Of a DNA stretch of 64,000 nt, positions 45,801 through 63,800 are shown piece by piece. How positions within the stretch are numbered: position 1 is the first letter of the stretch; every line of letters starts with the position of its first letter. Location: NCBI GenBank assembly GCA_964016885.1, contig OZ024745.1:11656001-11720000 (forward strand). The letters are read 5' to 3'. The notes beneath the pieces were generated by a model. That model saw nothing but the letters and a program-made list of their open reading frames with translations. It made no database searches and had not been told where the DNA came from. A program made the translations under genes and the position numbers. The DNA is from Eledone cirrhosa (taxonomy: Eukaryota).

Positions 45801-48800
45801 CAAATTTACAGTCGTTACCATCACTACTACAGTCAACACTAAACCTACCAAACTTACAGTCGTTACCATCACTACTACAGTCAAAACTAAACCTACCAAA
45901 CTTACAGTCGTTACTATCACTACAACAGTCAACACTACACCTACCAAACTTACAGTCGTTACCATCACTACAACATTCAACACTAAACCTACCAAACTTA
46001 CATTCGTTATCATCACTACAACAGTCAACACTAAACCTACCAAACTTACAGTCGTTACCATCACTACAACATTCAACACTAAACCTACCAAACTTACAGT
46101 CGTTACCATCACTACAACAGTCAACACTAAACCTACCAAACTTACAGTCGTTACCATCACTACAACATTCAACACTAAACCTACCAAACTTACAGTCGTT
46201 ACCATCACTACAACATTCAACACTAAATCTACCAAACTTACAGTCGTTACCATCACTACTACAGTCAACACTAAACCTACCAAACTTACAGTTGTTACCA
46301 TCACTACCACAGTCAACACTAAACCTACCTACCAAACTTACAGTCGTGACCATCAATACTACAGTCAACACTAAACCTACCAAACTTACAGTCGTTACCA
46401 TCACTACTACAATCAACACTAAAACTACCAAACTTACAGTCTTTACCATCACTACAACAGTCAACACTAAACCTACCTACCAAACTTACAGTCGTGACCA
46501 TCACTACTACAGTCAACACTAAACCTACCAAACTTACAGTCGTTACCATCACTACTACAATCAACACTATAACTACCAAACTTACAGACGTTACCATCAC
46601 TACAACAGTCAACACTAAACATACCAAACTTACAGTCGTTACCATCACTACTACAGTCAACACTAAACCTACCAAACTTACAGTCGTTACCATCACTACT
46701 ACAGTCAACACTAAAACTACCAAACTTACAGTCGTTACCATCACTACTACAGTCAACACTAAACCTACCAAACTTACAGTCGTTAACATCACTACTACAG
46801 TCAACACTAAACCTACCAAACTTACAGTCGTTACCATCACTACTACAGTCAACACTAAAACTACCAAACTTACAGTCGTTACCATCACTACAACAGTCAA
46901 CACTAAACCTACCAAACTTACAGTCGTTACCATCACTACAACAGTCAACACTAAACCTACCAAACTTACAGTCGTTACCATCACTACAACAGTCAACACT
47001 AAACCTACCAAACTTAGAGTCGTTACCATCACTACAACAGTCAACACTAAACCTACCAAACTTACAGTCGTTATCATCACTACAACAGTCAACACTAAAC
47101 CTACCAAACTTACAGTCGTTACCATCACTACAACAGTCAACACTAAACCTACCAAAACTTACAGTCGTTACCATCACTACTACAGTCAACACTAAAACTA
47201 CCAAACTTACAGTCGTTACCATCACTACTACAGTCAACACTAAACCTACAAAACTTACAGTCGTTACCATCACTACTACAGTCAACACTAAACCTACCAA
47301 ACTTACAGTCGTTACTATCACTACAACAGTCAACACTAAACCTACAAAACTTACAGTCGTTACCATCACTACAACAGTCAACACTAAACCTACCAAACTT
47401 ACAGTCGTTACTATCACTACTACAGTCAACACTAAACCTACCAAACTTACAGCCGTTACCATCACTACAACAGTCAACACTAAACCTACCAAACTTACAG
47501 CCGTTACCATCACTACAACAGTCAACACTAAACCTACCAAACTTACAGTCGTTACTATAACTACTACAGTCAACATTAAACCTACCAAATTTACAGTCGT
47601 TACCATCACTACAACAGTCAACACTAAACCTACCAAACTTACAGTCGTTACGATCACTACTACAGTCAACACTAAACCTACCAAATTTACAGTCGTTACC
47701 ATCACTACTACAGTCAACACTAAACCTACCAAACTTACAGTCGTTACCATCACTACTACAGTCAAAACTAAACCTACCAAACTTACAGTCGTTACTATCA
47801 CTACAACAGTCAACACTACACCTACCAAACTTACAGTCGTTACCATCACTACAACATTCAACACTAAACCTACCAAACTTACAGTCGTTATCATCACTAC
47901 AACAGTCAACACTAAACCTACCAAACTTACAGTCGTTACCATCACTACAACATTCAACACTAAACCTACCAAACTTACAGTCGTTACCATCACTACAACA
48001 GTCAACACTAAACCTACCAAACTTACAGTCGTCACCATCACTACAACATTCAACACTAAACCTACCAAACTTACAGTCGTTACCATCACTACAACATTCA
48101 ACACTAAATCTACCAAACTTACAGTCGTTACCATCACTACTACAGTCAACACTAAACCTACCAAACTTACAGTTGTTACCATCACTACCACAGTCAACAC
48201 TAAACCTACCTACCAAACTTACAGTCGTGACCATCAATACTACAGTCAACACTAAACCTACCAAACTTACAGTCGTTACCATCACTACTACAATCAACAC
48301 TAAAACTACCAAACTTACAGTCTTTACCATCACTACAACAGTCAACACTAAACCTACCTACCAAACTTACAGTCGTGACCATCACTACTACAGTCAACAC
48401 TAAACCTACCAAACTTACAGTCGTTAACATCACTACTACAGTCAACACTAAACCTACCAAACTTACAGTCGTTACCATCACTACTACAGTCAACACTAAA
48501 ACTACCAAACTTACAGTCGTTACCATCACTACAACAGTCAACACTAAACCTACCAAACTTACAGTCGTTACCATCACTACAACAGTCAACACTAAACCTA
48601 CCAAACTTACAGTCGTTACCATCACTACAACAGTCAACACTAAACCTACCAAACTTAGAGTCGTTACCATCACTACAACAGTCAACACTAAACCTACCAA
48701 ACTTACAGTCGTTATCATCACTACAACAGTCAACACTAAACCTACCAAACTTACAGTCGTTACCATCACTACAACAGTCAACACTAAACCTACCAAAACT

Positions 48801-51800
48801 TACAGTCGTTACCATCACTACTACAGTCAACACTAAAACTACCAAACTTACAGTCGTTACCATCACTACTACAGTCAACACTAAACCTACAAAACTTACA
48901 GTCGTTACCATCACTACTACAGTCAACACTAAACCTACCAAACTTACAGTCGTTACTATCACTACAACAGTCAACACTAAACCTACAAAACTTACAGTCG
49001 TTACCATCACTACAACAGTCAACACTAAACCTACCAAACTTACAGTCGTTACTATCACTACTACAGTCAACACTAAACCTACCAAACTTACAGCCGTTAC
49101 CATCACTACAACAGTCAACACTAAACCTACCAAACTTACAGCCGTTACCATCACTACAACAGTCAACACTAAACCTACCAAACTTACAGTCGTTACTATA
49201 ACTACTACAGTCAACATTAAACCTACCAAATTTACAGTCGTTACCATCACTACAACAGTCAACACTAAACCTACCAAACTTACAGTCGTTACGATCACTA
49301 CTACAGTCAACACTAAACCTACCAAATTTACAGTCGTTACCATCACTACTACAGTCAACACTAAACCTACCAAACTTACAGTCGTTACCATCACTACTAC
49401 AGTCAAAACTAAACCTACCAAACTTACAGTCGTTACTATCACTACAACAGTCAACACTACACCTACCAAACTTACAGTCGTTACCATCACTACAACATTC
49501 AACACTAAACCTACCAAACTTACAGTCGTTATCATCACTACAACAGTCAACACTAAACCTACCAAACTTACAGTCGTTACCATCACTACAACATTCAACA
49601 CTAAACCTACCAAACTTACAGTCGTTACCATCACTACAACAGTCAACACTAAACCTACCAAACTTACAGTCGTCACCATCACTACAACATTCAACACTAA
49701 ACCTACCAAACTTACAGTCGTTACCATCACTACAACATTCAACACTAAATCTACCAAACTTACAGTCGTTACCATCACTACTACAGTCAACACTAAACCT
49801 ACCAAACTTACAGTTGTTACCATCACTACCACAGTCAACACTAAACCTACCTACCAAACTTACAGTCGTGACCATCAATACTACAGTCAACACTAAACCT
49901 ACCAAACTTACAGTCGTTACCATCACTACTACAATCAACACTAAAACTACCAAACTTACAGTCTTTACCATCACTACAACAGTCAACACTAAACCTACCT
50001 ACCAAACTTACAGTCGTGACCATCACTACTACAGTCAACACTAAACCTACCAAACTTACAGTCGTTACCATCACTACTACAATCAACACTATAACTACCA
50101 AACTTACAGACGTTACCATCACTACAACAGTCAACACTAAAGATACCAAACTTACAGTCGTTACCATCACTACTACAGTCAACACTAAACCTACCAAACT
50201 TACAGTCGTTACCATCACTACTACAGTCAACACTAAAACTACCAAACTTACAGTCGTTACCATCACTACTACAGTCAACACTAAACCTACCAAACTTACA
50301 GTCGTTAACATCACTACTACAGTCAACACTAAACCTACCAAACTTACAGTCGTTACCATCACTACTACAGTCAACACTAAACCTACCAAATTTACAGTCG
50401 TTACCATCACTACTACAGTCAACACTAAACCTACCAAACTTACAGTCGTTACCATCACTACAACATTCAACACTAAACCTACCAAACTTACAGTCGTTAC
50501 CATCACTACAACAGTCAACACTAAACCTACCAAACTTACAGTCGTTACCATCACTACTACAGTCAACACTAAACCTACCAAACTTACAGTCGTTACCATC
50601 ACTACTACAGTCAACACTAAACCTACCAAATTTACAGTCGTTACCATCACTACTACAGTCAACACTAAACCTACCAAACTTACAGTCGTTACCATCACTA
50701 CTACAGTCAAAACTAAACCTACCAAACTTACAGTCGTTACTATCACTACAACAGTCAACACTACACCTACCAAACTTACAGTCGTTACCATCACTACAAC
50801 ATTCAACACTAAACCTACCAAACTTACAGTCGTTATCATCACTACAACAGTCAACACTAAACCTACCAAACTTACAGTCGTTACCATCACTACAACATTC
50901 AACACTAAACCTACCAAACTTACAGTCGTTACCATCACTACAACAGTCAACACTAAACCTACCAAACTTACAGTCGTTACCATCACTACAACATTCAACA
51001 CTAAACCTACCAAACTTACAGTCGTTACCATCACTACAACATTCAACACTAAATCTACCAAACTTATAGTCGTGACCATCAATACTACAGTCAACACTAA
51101 ACCTACCAAACTTACAGTCTTTACCATCACTACAACAGTCAACACTAAACCTACCTACCAAACTTACAGTCGTGACCATCACTACTACAGTCAACACTAA
51201 ACCTACCAAACTTACAGTCGTTACCATCACTACTACAATCAACACTATAACTACCAAACTTACAGACGTTACCATCACTACAACAGTCAACACTAAAGAT
51301 ACCAAACTTACAGTCGTTACCATCACTACAACAGTCAACACTAAACCTACCAAACTTACAGTCGTTATCATCACTACAACAGTCAACACTAAACCTACCA
51401 AACTTACAGTCGTTACCATCACTACAACAGTCAACACTAAACCTACCAAAACTTACAGTCGTTACCATCACTACTACAGTCAACACTAAAACTACCAAAC
51501 TTACAGTCGTTACCATCACTACTACAGTCAACACTAAACCTACCAAACTTACAGTCGTTACCATCACTACTACAGTCAACACTAAACCTACCAAACTTAC
51601 AGTCGTTACTATCACTACAACAGTCAACACTAAACCTACAAAACTTACAGTCGTTACCATCACTACAACAGTCAACACTAAACCTACCAAACTTACAGTC
51701 GTTACTATCACTACTACAGTCAACACTAAACCTACCAAACTTACAGCCGTTACCATCACTACAACAGTCAACACTAAACCTACCAAACTTACAGCCGTTA

Positions 51801-54800
51801 CCATCACTACAACAGTCAACACTAAACCTACCAAACTTACAGTCGTTACTATAACTACTACAGTCAACATTAAACCTACCAAATTTACAGTCGTTACCAT
51901 CACTACAACAGTCAACACTAAACCTACCAAACTTACAGTCGTTACCATCACTACTACAGTCAACACTAAACCTACCAAACTTACAGTCGTTACCATCACT
52001 ACAACATTCAACACTAAACCTACCAAACTTACAGTCGTTATCATCACTACAACAGTCAACACTAAACCTACCAAACTTACAGTCGTTACCATCACTACAA
52101 CATTCAACACTAAACCTACCAAACTTACAGTCGTTACCATCACTACAACAGTCAACACTAAACCTACCAAACTTACAGTCGTTACCATCACTACAACATT
52201 CAACACTAAACCTACCAAACTTACAGTCGTTACCATCACTACAACATTCAACACTAAATCTACCAAACTTATAGTCGTGACCATCAATACTACAGTCAAC
52301 ACTAAACCTACCAAACTTACAGTCTTTACCATCACTACAACAGTCAACACTAAACCTACCTACCAAACTTACAGTCGTGACCATCACTACTACAGTCAAC
52401 ACTAAACCTACCAAACTTACAGTCGTTACCATCACTACTACAATCAACACTATAACTACCAAACTTACAGACGTTACCATCACTACAACAGTCAACACTA
52501 AAGATACCAAACTTACAGTCGTTACCATCACTACTACAGTCAACACTAAACCTACCAAACTTACAGTCGTTACCATCACTACTACAGTCAACACTAAAAC
52601 TACCAAACTTACAGTCGTTACCATCACTACAACAGTCAACACTAAACCTACCAAACTTACAGTCGTTACCATCACTACAACAGTCAACACTAAACCTACC
52701 AAACTTACAGTCGTTACCATCACTACAACAGTCAACACTAAACCTACCAAACTTACAGTCGTTACCATCACTACAACAGTCAACACTAAACCTACCAAAC
52801 TTACAGTCGTTATCATCACTACAACAGTCAACACTAAACCTACCAAACTTACAGTCGTTACCATCACTACAACAGTCAACACTAAACCTACCAAAACTTA
52901 CAGTCGTTACCATCACTACTACAGTCAACACTAAAACTACCAAACTTACAGTCGTTACCATCACTACTACAGTCAACACTAAACCTACCAAACTTACAGT
53001 CGTTACCATCACTACTACAGTCAACACTAAACCTACCAAACTTACAGTCGTTACTATCACTACAACAGTCAACACTAAACCTACAAAACTTACAGTCGTT
53101 ACCATCACTACAACAGTCAACACTAAACCTACCAAACTTACAGTCGTTACTATCACTACTACAGTCAACACTAAACCTACCAAACTTACAGCCGTTACCA
53201 TCACTACAACAGTCAACACTAAACCTACCAAACTTACAGCCGTTACCATCACTACAACAGTCAACACTAAACCTACCAAACTTACAGTCGTTACTATAAC
53301 TACTACAGTCAACATTAAACCTACCAATTTTACAGTCGTTACCATCACTACAACAGTCAACACTAAACCTACCAAACTTACAGTCGTTACCATCACTACT
53401 ACAGTCAACACTAAACCTACCAAATTTACAGTCGTTACCATCACTACTACAGTCAACACTAAACCTACCAAACTTACAGTCGTTACCATCACTACTACAG
53501 TCAAAACTAAACCTACCAAACTTACAGTCATTACTATCACTACAACAGTCAACACTACACCTACCAAACTTACAGTCGTTACCATCACTACAACATTCAA
53601 CACTAAACCTACCAAACTTACAGTCGTTATCATCACTACAACAGTCAACACTAAACCTACCAAACTTACAGTCGTTACCATCACTACAGCATTCAACACT
53701 AAACCTACCAAACTTACAGTCGTTACCATCACTACAACAGTCAACACTAAACCTACCAAACTTACAGTCGTTACCATCACTACAACATTCAACACTAAAC
53801 CTACCAAACTTACAGTCGTTACCATCACTACAACATTCAACACTAAATCTACCAAACTTACAGTCGTTACCATCACTACTACAGTCAACACTAAACCTAC
53901 CAAACTTACAGTTGTTACCATCACTACCACAGTCAACACTAAACCTACCTACCAAACTTACAGTCGTGACCATCAATACTACAGTCAACACTAAACCTAC
54001 CAAACTTACAGTCGTTACCATCACTACTACAATCAACACTAAAACTACCAAACTTACAGTCTTTACCATCACTACAACAGTCAACACTAAACCTACCTAC
54101 CAAACTTACAGTCGTGACCATCACTACTACAGTCAACACTAAACCTACCAAACTTACAGTCGTTACCATCACTACTACACTCAACACTATAACTACCAAA
54201 CTTACAGACGTTACCATCACTACAACAGTCAACACTAAACATACCAAACTTACAGTCGTTACCATCACTACTACAGTCAACACTAAACCTACCAAACTTA
54301 CAGTCGTTACCATCACTACTACAGTCAACACTAAAACTACCAAACTTACAGTCGTTACCATCACTACTACAGTCAACACTAAACCTACCAAACTTACAGT
54401 CGTTAACATCACTACTACAGTCAACACTAAACCTACCAAACTTACAGTCGTTACCATCACTACTACAGTCAACACTAAAACTACCAAACTTACAGTCGTT
54501 ACCATCACTACAACAGTCAACACTAAACCTACCAAACTTACAGTCGTTACCATCACTACAACAGTCAACACTAAACCTACCAAACTTACAGTCGTTACCA
54601 TCACTACAACAGTCAACACTAAACCTACCAAACTTAGAGTCGTTACCATCACTACAACAGTCAACACTAAACCTACCAAACTTACAGTCGTTATCATCAC
54701 TACAACAGTCAACACTAAACCTACCAAACTTACAGTCGTTACCATCACTACAACAGTCAACACTAAACCTACCAAAACTTACAGTCGTTACCATCACTAC

Positions 54801-57800
54801 TACAGTCAACACTAAAACTACCAAACTTACAGTCGTTACCATCACTACTACAGTCAACACTAAAACTACCAAACTTACAGTCGTTACCATCACTACTACA
54901 GTCAACACTAAACCTACCAAACTTACAGTCGTTACCATCACTACTACAGTCAACACTAAACCTACCAAACTTACAGTCGTTACCATCACTACTACAGTCA
55001 ACACTAAAACTACCAAACTTACAGTCGTTACCATCACTACAACAGTCAACACTAAACCTACCAAACTTATAGTCGTTACCATCACTACAACAGTCAACAC
55101 TAAACCTACCAACCTTACAGTCGTTACCATCACTACAACAGTCAACACTAAACCTACCAAACTTACAGTCGTTACCATCACTACTACAGTCAACACTAAA
55201 CCTACCAAACTTACAGTCGTTACTATCACTACAACAGTCAACACTAAACCTACCAAACTTACAGTCGTTACCATCACTACTACAGTCAACACTAAACCTA
55301 CCAAACTTACAGTCGTTACCATCACTACAACAGTCAACACTAAACCTACCAAACTTACAGTCGTTACTATCACTGCAACAGTCAACACTAAACCTACCAA
55401 ACTTACAGTCGTTACCATCACTACTACAGTCAACACTAAACCTACCAAACTTACAGTCATTACCATCACTACAACAGTCAACACTAAACCTACCAAACTT
55501 ACAGTCGTTACCATCACTACAACAGTCAACACTAAACCTACCAAACTTACAGTCGTTACCATCACTACTACAGTCAACAATAAACCTACCAAACTTACAG
55601 TCGTTACCATCACTACTACAGTCAACACTAAACCTACCAAACTTACAGTCGTTGCCATCACTACTACAGTCAACACTAAAACTACCAAACTTACAGTCGT
55701 TACCATCACTAATACAGTCAACACTAAAACTACCAAACTTACAGTCGTTACCATCACTACTACAGTCAACACTAAACCTACCAAACTTACAGTCGTTACC
55801 ATCACTACTACAGTCAACACTAAACCTACCAAACTTACAGTCGTTACCATCACTACTACATTCAACACTAAAACTACCAAATTACAGTCGTTACCATCAC
55901 TACAACAGTCAACACTAAAACTACCAAACTTACAGTAGTTACCATCACTACAACAGTCAACACTAAACCTACCAAACTTACAGTCGTTCCCATCACTACT
56001 ACAGTCAACACTAAACCTACCAAACTTACAGTCGTTACTACCACTACAACAGTCAACACTAAACCTACCAAACTTACAGTCGTTACCATCACTACAACAG
56101 TCAACACTAATCCTACCAAACTTACAGTCGTTACCATCACTACAACAGTCAACACTAAACCTACCAAACTTACAGTCGTTACCATCACTACAATAGTCAA
56201 CACTAAACCTACCAAACTTACAGTCGTTACCATCACTACAACAGTCAACATAAACCTACCAAACTTACAGTCGTTACTATCACTACAACAGTCAACACTA
56301 AACCTACCAAACTTACAGTCGTTACCATCACTACTACAGTCAACACTAAACCTACCAAACTTACAGTCGTTACTATCACTACAACAGTCAACACTAAACC
56401 TACAAAACTTACAGTCGTTACCATCACTACAACAGTCAACACTAAACCTACCAAACTTACAGTCGTTACTATCACTACTACAGTCAACACTAAACCTACC
56501 AAACTTACAGCCGTTACCATCACTACAACAGTCAACACTAAACCTACCAAACTTACAGCCGTTACCATCACTACAACAGTCAACACTAAATCTACCAAAC
56601 TTACAGTCGTTACCATCACTACTACAGTCAACACTAAACCTACCAAACTTACAGTCGTTACCATCACTACAACAGTCAACATAAACCTACCAAACTTACA
56701 GTCGTTACTATCACTACAACAGTCAACACTACACCTACCAAACTTACAGTCGTTACCATCACTACAACATTCAACACTAAACCTACCAAACTTACAGTCG
56801 TTATCATCACTACAACAGTCAACACTAAACCTACCAAACTTACAGTCGTTACCATCACTACAGCATTCAACACTAAACCTACCAAACTTACAGTCGTTAC
56901 CATCACTACAACAGTCAACACTAAACCTACCAAACTTACAGTCGTTACCATCACTACAACATTCAACACTAAACCTACCAAACTTACAGTCGTTACCATC
57001 ACTACAACATTCAACACTAAATCTACCAAACTTACAGTCGTTACCATCACTACTACAGTCAACACTAAACCTACCAAACTTACAGTTGTTACCATCACTA
57101 CCACAGTCAACACTAAACCTACCTACCAAACTTACAGTCGTGACCATCAATACTACAGTCAACACTAAACCTACCAAACTTACAGTCGTTACCATCACTA
57201 CTACAATCAACACTAAAACTACCAAACTTACAGTCTTTACCATCACTTCAACAGTCAACACTAAACCTACCTACCAAACTTACAGTCGTGACCATCACTA
57301 CTACAGTCAACACTAAACCTACCAAACTTACAGTCGTTACCATCACTACTACACTCAACACTATAACTACCAAACTTACAGACGTTACCATCACTACAAC
57401 AGTCAACACTAAACATACCAAACTTACAGTCGTTACCATCACTACTACAGTCAACACTAAACCTACCAAACTTACAGTCGTTACCATCACTACTACAGTC
57501 AACACTAAAACTACCAAACTTACAGTCGTTACCATCACTACTACAGTCAACACTAAACCTACCAAACTTACAGTCGTTAACATCACTACTACAGTCAACA
57601 CTAAACCTACCAAACTTACAGTCGTTACCATCACTACTACAGTCAACACTAAAACTACCAAACTTACAGTCGTTACCATCACTACAACAGTCAACACTAA
57701 ACCTACCAAACTTACAGTCGTTACCATCACTACAACAGTCAACACTAAACCTACCAAACTTACAGTCGTTACCATCACTACAACAGTCAACACTAAACCT

Positions 57801-60800
57801 ACCAAACTTAGAGTCGTTACCATCACTACAACAGTCAACACTAAACCTACCAAACTTACAGTCGTTATCATCACTACAACAGTCAACACTAAACCTACCA
57901 AACTTACAGTCGTTACCATCACTACAACAGTCAACACTAAACCTACCAAAACTTACAGTCGTTACCATCACTACTACAGTCAACACTAAAACTACCAAAC
58001 TTACAGTCGTTACCATCACTACTACAGTCAACACTAAAACTACCAAACTTACAGTCGTTACCATCACTACTACAGTCAACACTAAACCTACCAAACTTAC
58101 AGTCGTTACCATCACTACTACAGTCAACACTAAACCTACCAAACTTACAGTCGTTACCATCACTACTACAGTCAAGACTAAAACTACCAAACTTACAGTC
58201 GTTACCATCACTACAACAGTCAACACTAAACCTACCAAACTTATAGTCGTTACCATCACTACAACAGTCAACACTAAACCTACCAACCTTACAGTCGTTA
58301 CCATCACTACAACAGTCAACACTAAACCTACCAAACTTACAGTCGTTACCATCACTACTACAGTCAACACTAAACCTACCAAACTTACAGTCGTTACTAT
58401 CACTACAACAGTCAACACTAAACCTACCAAACTTACAGTCGTTACCATCACTACTACAGTCAACACTAAACCTACCAAACTTACAGTCGTTACCATCACT
58501 ACAACAGTCAACACTAAACCTACCAAACTTACAGTCGTTACTATCACTGCAACAGTCAACACTAAACCTACCAAACTTACAGTCGTTACCATCACTACTA
58601 CAGTCAACACTAAACCTACCAAACTTACAGTCATTACCATCACTACAACAGTCAACACTAAACCTACCAAACTTACAGTCGTTACCATCACTACAACAGT
58701 CAACACTAAACCTACCAAACTTACAGTCGTTACCATCACTACTACAGTCAACAATAAACCTACCAAACTTACAGTCGTTACCATCACTACTACAGTCAAC
58801 ACTAAACCTACCAAACTTACAGTCGTTGCCATCACTACTACAGTCAACACTAAAACTACCAAACTTACAGTCGTTACCATCACTAATACAGTCAACACTA
58901 AAACTACCAAACTTACAGTCGTTACCATCACTACTACAGTCAACACTAAACCTACCAAACTTACAGTCGTTACCATCACTACTACAGTCAACACTAAACC
59001 TACCAAACTTACAGTCGTTACCATCACTACTACATTCAACACTAAAACTACCAAATTACAGTCGTTACCATCACTACAACAGTCAACACTAAAACTACCA
59101 AACTTACAGTAGTTACCATCACTACAACAGTCAACACTAAACCTACCAAACTTACAGTCGTTCCCATCACTACTACAGTCAACACTAAACCTACCAAACT
59201 TACAGTCGTTACTACCACTACAACAGTCAACACTAAACCTACCAAACTTACAGTCGTTACCATCACTACAACAGTCAACACTAATCCTACCAAACTTACA
59301 GTCGTTACCATCACTACAACAGTCAACACTAAACCTACCAAACTTACAGTCGTTACCATCACTACAACAGTCAACACTAAACCTACCAAACTTACAGTCG
59401 TTACCATCACTACAACAGTCAACATAAACCTACCAAACTTACAGTCGTTACTATCACTACAACAGTCAACACTAAACCTACCAAACTTACAGTCGTTACC
59501 ATCACTACTACAGTCAACACTAAACCTACCAAACTTACAGTCGTTACTATCACTACAACAGTCAACACTAAACCTACAAAACGTACAGTCGTTACCATCA
59601 CTACAACAGTCAACACTAAACCTACCAAACTTACAGTCGTTACTATCACTACTACAGTCAACACTAAACCTACCAAACTTACAGCCGTTACCATCACTAC
59701 AACAGTCAACACTAAACCTACCAAACTTACAGCCGTTACCATCACTACAACAGTCAACACTAAACCTACCAAACTTACAGTCGTTACTATAACTACTACA
59801 TTCAACATTAAACCTACCAAATTTACAGTCGTTACCATCACTACAACAGTCAACACTAAACCTACCAAACATACAGTCGTTACCATCACTACTACAGTCA
59901 ACACTAAACCTACCAAATTTACAGTCGTTACCATCACTACTACAGTCAACACTAAACCTACCAAACTTACAGTCGTTACCATCACTACTACAGTCAAACT
60001 AAACCTACCAAACTTACAGTCGTTACTATCACTACAACAGTCAACACTAAACCTACCAAACTTACAGTCGTTACCATCACTACAACATTCAACACTAAAC
60101 CTACCAAACTTACAGTCGTTACCATCACTACAACAGTCAACACTAAACCTACCTACCAAACTTACAGTCGTGACCATCACTACTACAGTCAACACTAAAC
60201 CTACCAAACTTACAGTCGTTACCATCACTACTACAATCAACACTATAACTACCAAACTTACAGTCGTTACCATCACTACAACAGTCAACACTAAACATAC
60301 CAAACTTACAGTCGTGACCATCACTACTACAGTCAACACTAAACCTACCAAACTTACAGTCGTTACCATCACTACTACAGTCAACACTAAAACTACCAAA
60401 CTTACAGTCGTTACCATCACTACTACAGTCAACACTAAACCTACCAAACTTACAGTCGTTAACATCACTACTACAGTCAAAACTAAACCTACCAAACTTA
60501 CAGTCGTTACCATCACTACTACAGTCAACACTAAAACTACCAAACTTACAGTCGTTACCATCACTACAACAGTCAACACTAAACCTACCAAACTTACAGT
60601 CGTTACCATCACTACTACAGTCAACACTAAACCTACCAAATTTACAGTCGTTACCATCACTACTACAGTCAACACTAAACCTACCAAACTTACAGTCGTT
60701 ACCATCACTACTACAGTCAAACTAAACCTACCAAACTTACAGTCGTTACTATCACTACAACAGTCAACACTAAACCTACCAAACTTACAGTCGTTACCAT

Positions 60801-63800
60801 CACTACAACATTCAACACTAACCCTACCAAACTTACAGTCGTTATCATCACTACAACAGTCAACACTAAACCTACCAAACTTACAGTCGTTACCATCACT
60901 ACAACATTCAACACTAAACCTACCAAACTTACAGTCGTTACCATCACTACAACAGTCAACACTAAACCTACCAAACTTACAGTCGTTACCATCACTACAA
61001 CATTCAACACTAAACCTCCCAAACTTACAGTCGTTACCATCACTACAACATTCAACACTAAACCTACCAAACTTACAGTCGTTACCATCACTACTACAGT
61101 CAACACTAAACCTACCAAACTTACAGTTGTTACCATCACTACCACAGTCAACACTAAACCTACCTACCAAACTTACAGTCGTGACCATCACTACTACAGT
61201 CAACACTAAACCTACCAAACTTACAGTCGTTACCATCACTACTACAATCAACACTAAAACTACCAAACTTACAGTCTTTACCATCACTACAACAGTCAAC
61301 ACTAAACCTACCTACCAAACTTACAGTCGTGACCATCACTACTACAGTCAACACTAAACCTACCAAACTTACAGTCGTTACCATCACTACTACAATCAAC
61401 ACTATAACTACCAAACTTACAGACGTTACCATCACTACAACAGTCAACACTAAACATACCAAACTTACAGTCGTGACCATCACTACTACAGTCAACACTA
61501 AACCTACCAAACTTACAGTCGTTACCATCACTACTACAGTCAACACTAAAACTACCAAACTTACAGTCGTTACCATCACTACTACAGTCAACACTAAACC
61601 TACCAAACTTACAGTCGTTAACATCACTACTACAGTCAACACTAAACCTACCAAACTTACAGTCGTTACCATCACTACTACAGTCAACACTAAAACTACC
61701 AAACTTACAGTCGTTACCATCACTACAACAGTCAACACTAAACCTACCAAACTTACAGTCGTTACCATCACTACAACAGTCAACACTAAACCTACCAAAC
61801 TTACAGTCGTTACCATCACTACAACAGTCAACACTAAACCTACCAAACTTACAGTCGTTACCATCACTACTACAGTCAACACTAAACCTACCAAACTTAC
61901 AGTCGTTACTATCACTACAACAGTCAACACTAAACCTACCAAACTTACTGTCGTTACCATCACTACTACAGTCAACACTAAACCTACCAAACTTACAGTC
62001 GTTACCATCACTACAACAGTCAACACTAAACCTACCAAACTTACAGTCGTTACTATCACTACAACAGTCAACACTAAACCTACCAAACTTACAGTCGTTA
62101 CCATCACTACTACAGTCAACACTAAACCTACCAAACTTACAGTCGTTACCATCACTACAACAGTCAACACTAAACCTACCAAACTTAGAGTCGTTACCAT
62201 CACTACAACAGTCATCGCTAAACCTACCAAACTTACAGTCGTTACCATCACTACTACAGTCAACAATAAACCTACCAAACTTACAGTCGTTACCATCACT
62301 ACTACAGTCAACAATAAACCTACCAAACTTACAGTCGTTACCATCACTACTACAGTCAACACTAAAACTACCAAACTTACAGTCGTTACCATCACTACAA
62401 CAGTCAACACTAAACCTACCAAACTTACAGTCGTTACCATCACTACTACAGTCAACACTAAAACTACCAAACTTACAGTCGTTACCATCACTACAACAGT
62501 CAACACTAAACCTACCAAACTTACAGTCGTTACCATCACTACTACAGTCAACACTAAACCTACCAAATTTACAGTCGTTACCATCACTACTACAGTCAAC
62601 ACTAAACCTACCAAACTTACAGTCGTTACCATCACTACTACAGTCAAACTAAACCTACCAAACTTACAGTCGTTACTATCACTACAACAGTCAACACTAA
62701 ACCTACCAAACTTACAGTCGTTACCATCACTACAACATTCAACACTAACCCTACCAAACTTACAGTCGTTATCATCACTACAACAGTCAACACTAAACCT
62801 ACCAAACTTACAGTCGTTACCATCACTACAACATTCAACACTAAACCTACCAAACTTACAGTCGTTACCATCACTACAACAGTCAACACTAAACCTACCA
62901 AACTTACAGTCGTTACCATCACTACAACATTCAACACTAAACCTCCCAAACTTACAGTCGTTACCATCACTACAACATTCAACACTAAACCTACCAAACT
63001 TACAGTCGTTACCATCACTACTACAGTCAACACTAAACCTACCAAACTTACAGTTGTTACCATCACTACCACAGTCAACACTAAACCTACCTACCAAACT
63101 TACAGTCGTGACCATCACTACTACAGTCAACACTAAACCTACCAAACTTACAGTCGTTACCATCACTACTACAATCAACACTAAAACTACCAAACTTACA
63201 GTCTTTACCATCACTACAACAGTCAACACTAAACCTACCTACCAAACTTACAGTCGTGACCATCACTACTACAGTCAACACTAAACCTACCAAACTTACA
63301 GTCGTTACCATCACTACTACAATCAACACTATAACTACCAAACTTACAGACGTTACCATCACTACAACAGTCAACACTAAACATACCAAACTTACAGTCG
63401 TGACCATCACTACTACAGTCAACACTAAACCTACCAAACTTACAGTCGTTACCATCACTACTACAGTCAACACTAAAACTACCAAACTTACAGTCGTTAC
63501 CATCACTACTACAGTCAACACTAAACCTACCAAACTTACAGTCGTTAACATCACTACTACAGTCAACACTAAACCTACCAAACTTACAGTCGTTACCATC
63601 ACTACTACAGTCAACACTAAAACTACCAAACTTACAGTCGTTACCATCACTACAACAGTCAACACTAAACCTACCAAACTTACAGTCGTTACCATCACTA
63701 CAACAGTCAACACTAAACCTACCAAACTTACAGTCGTTACCATCACTACAACAGTCAACACTAAACCTACCAAACTTACAGTCGTTACCATCACTACTAC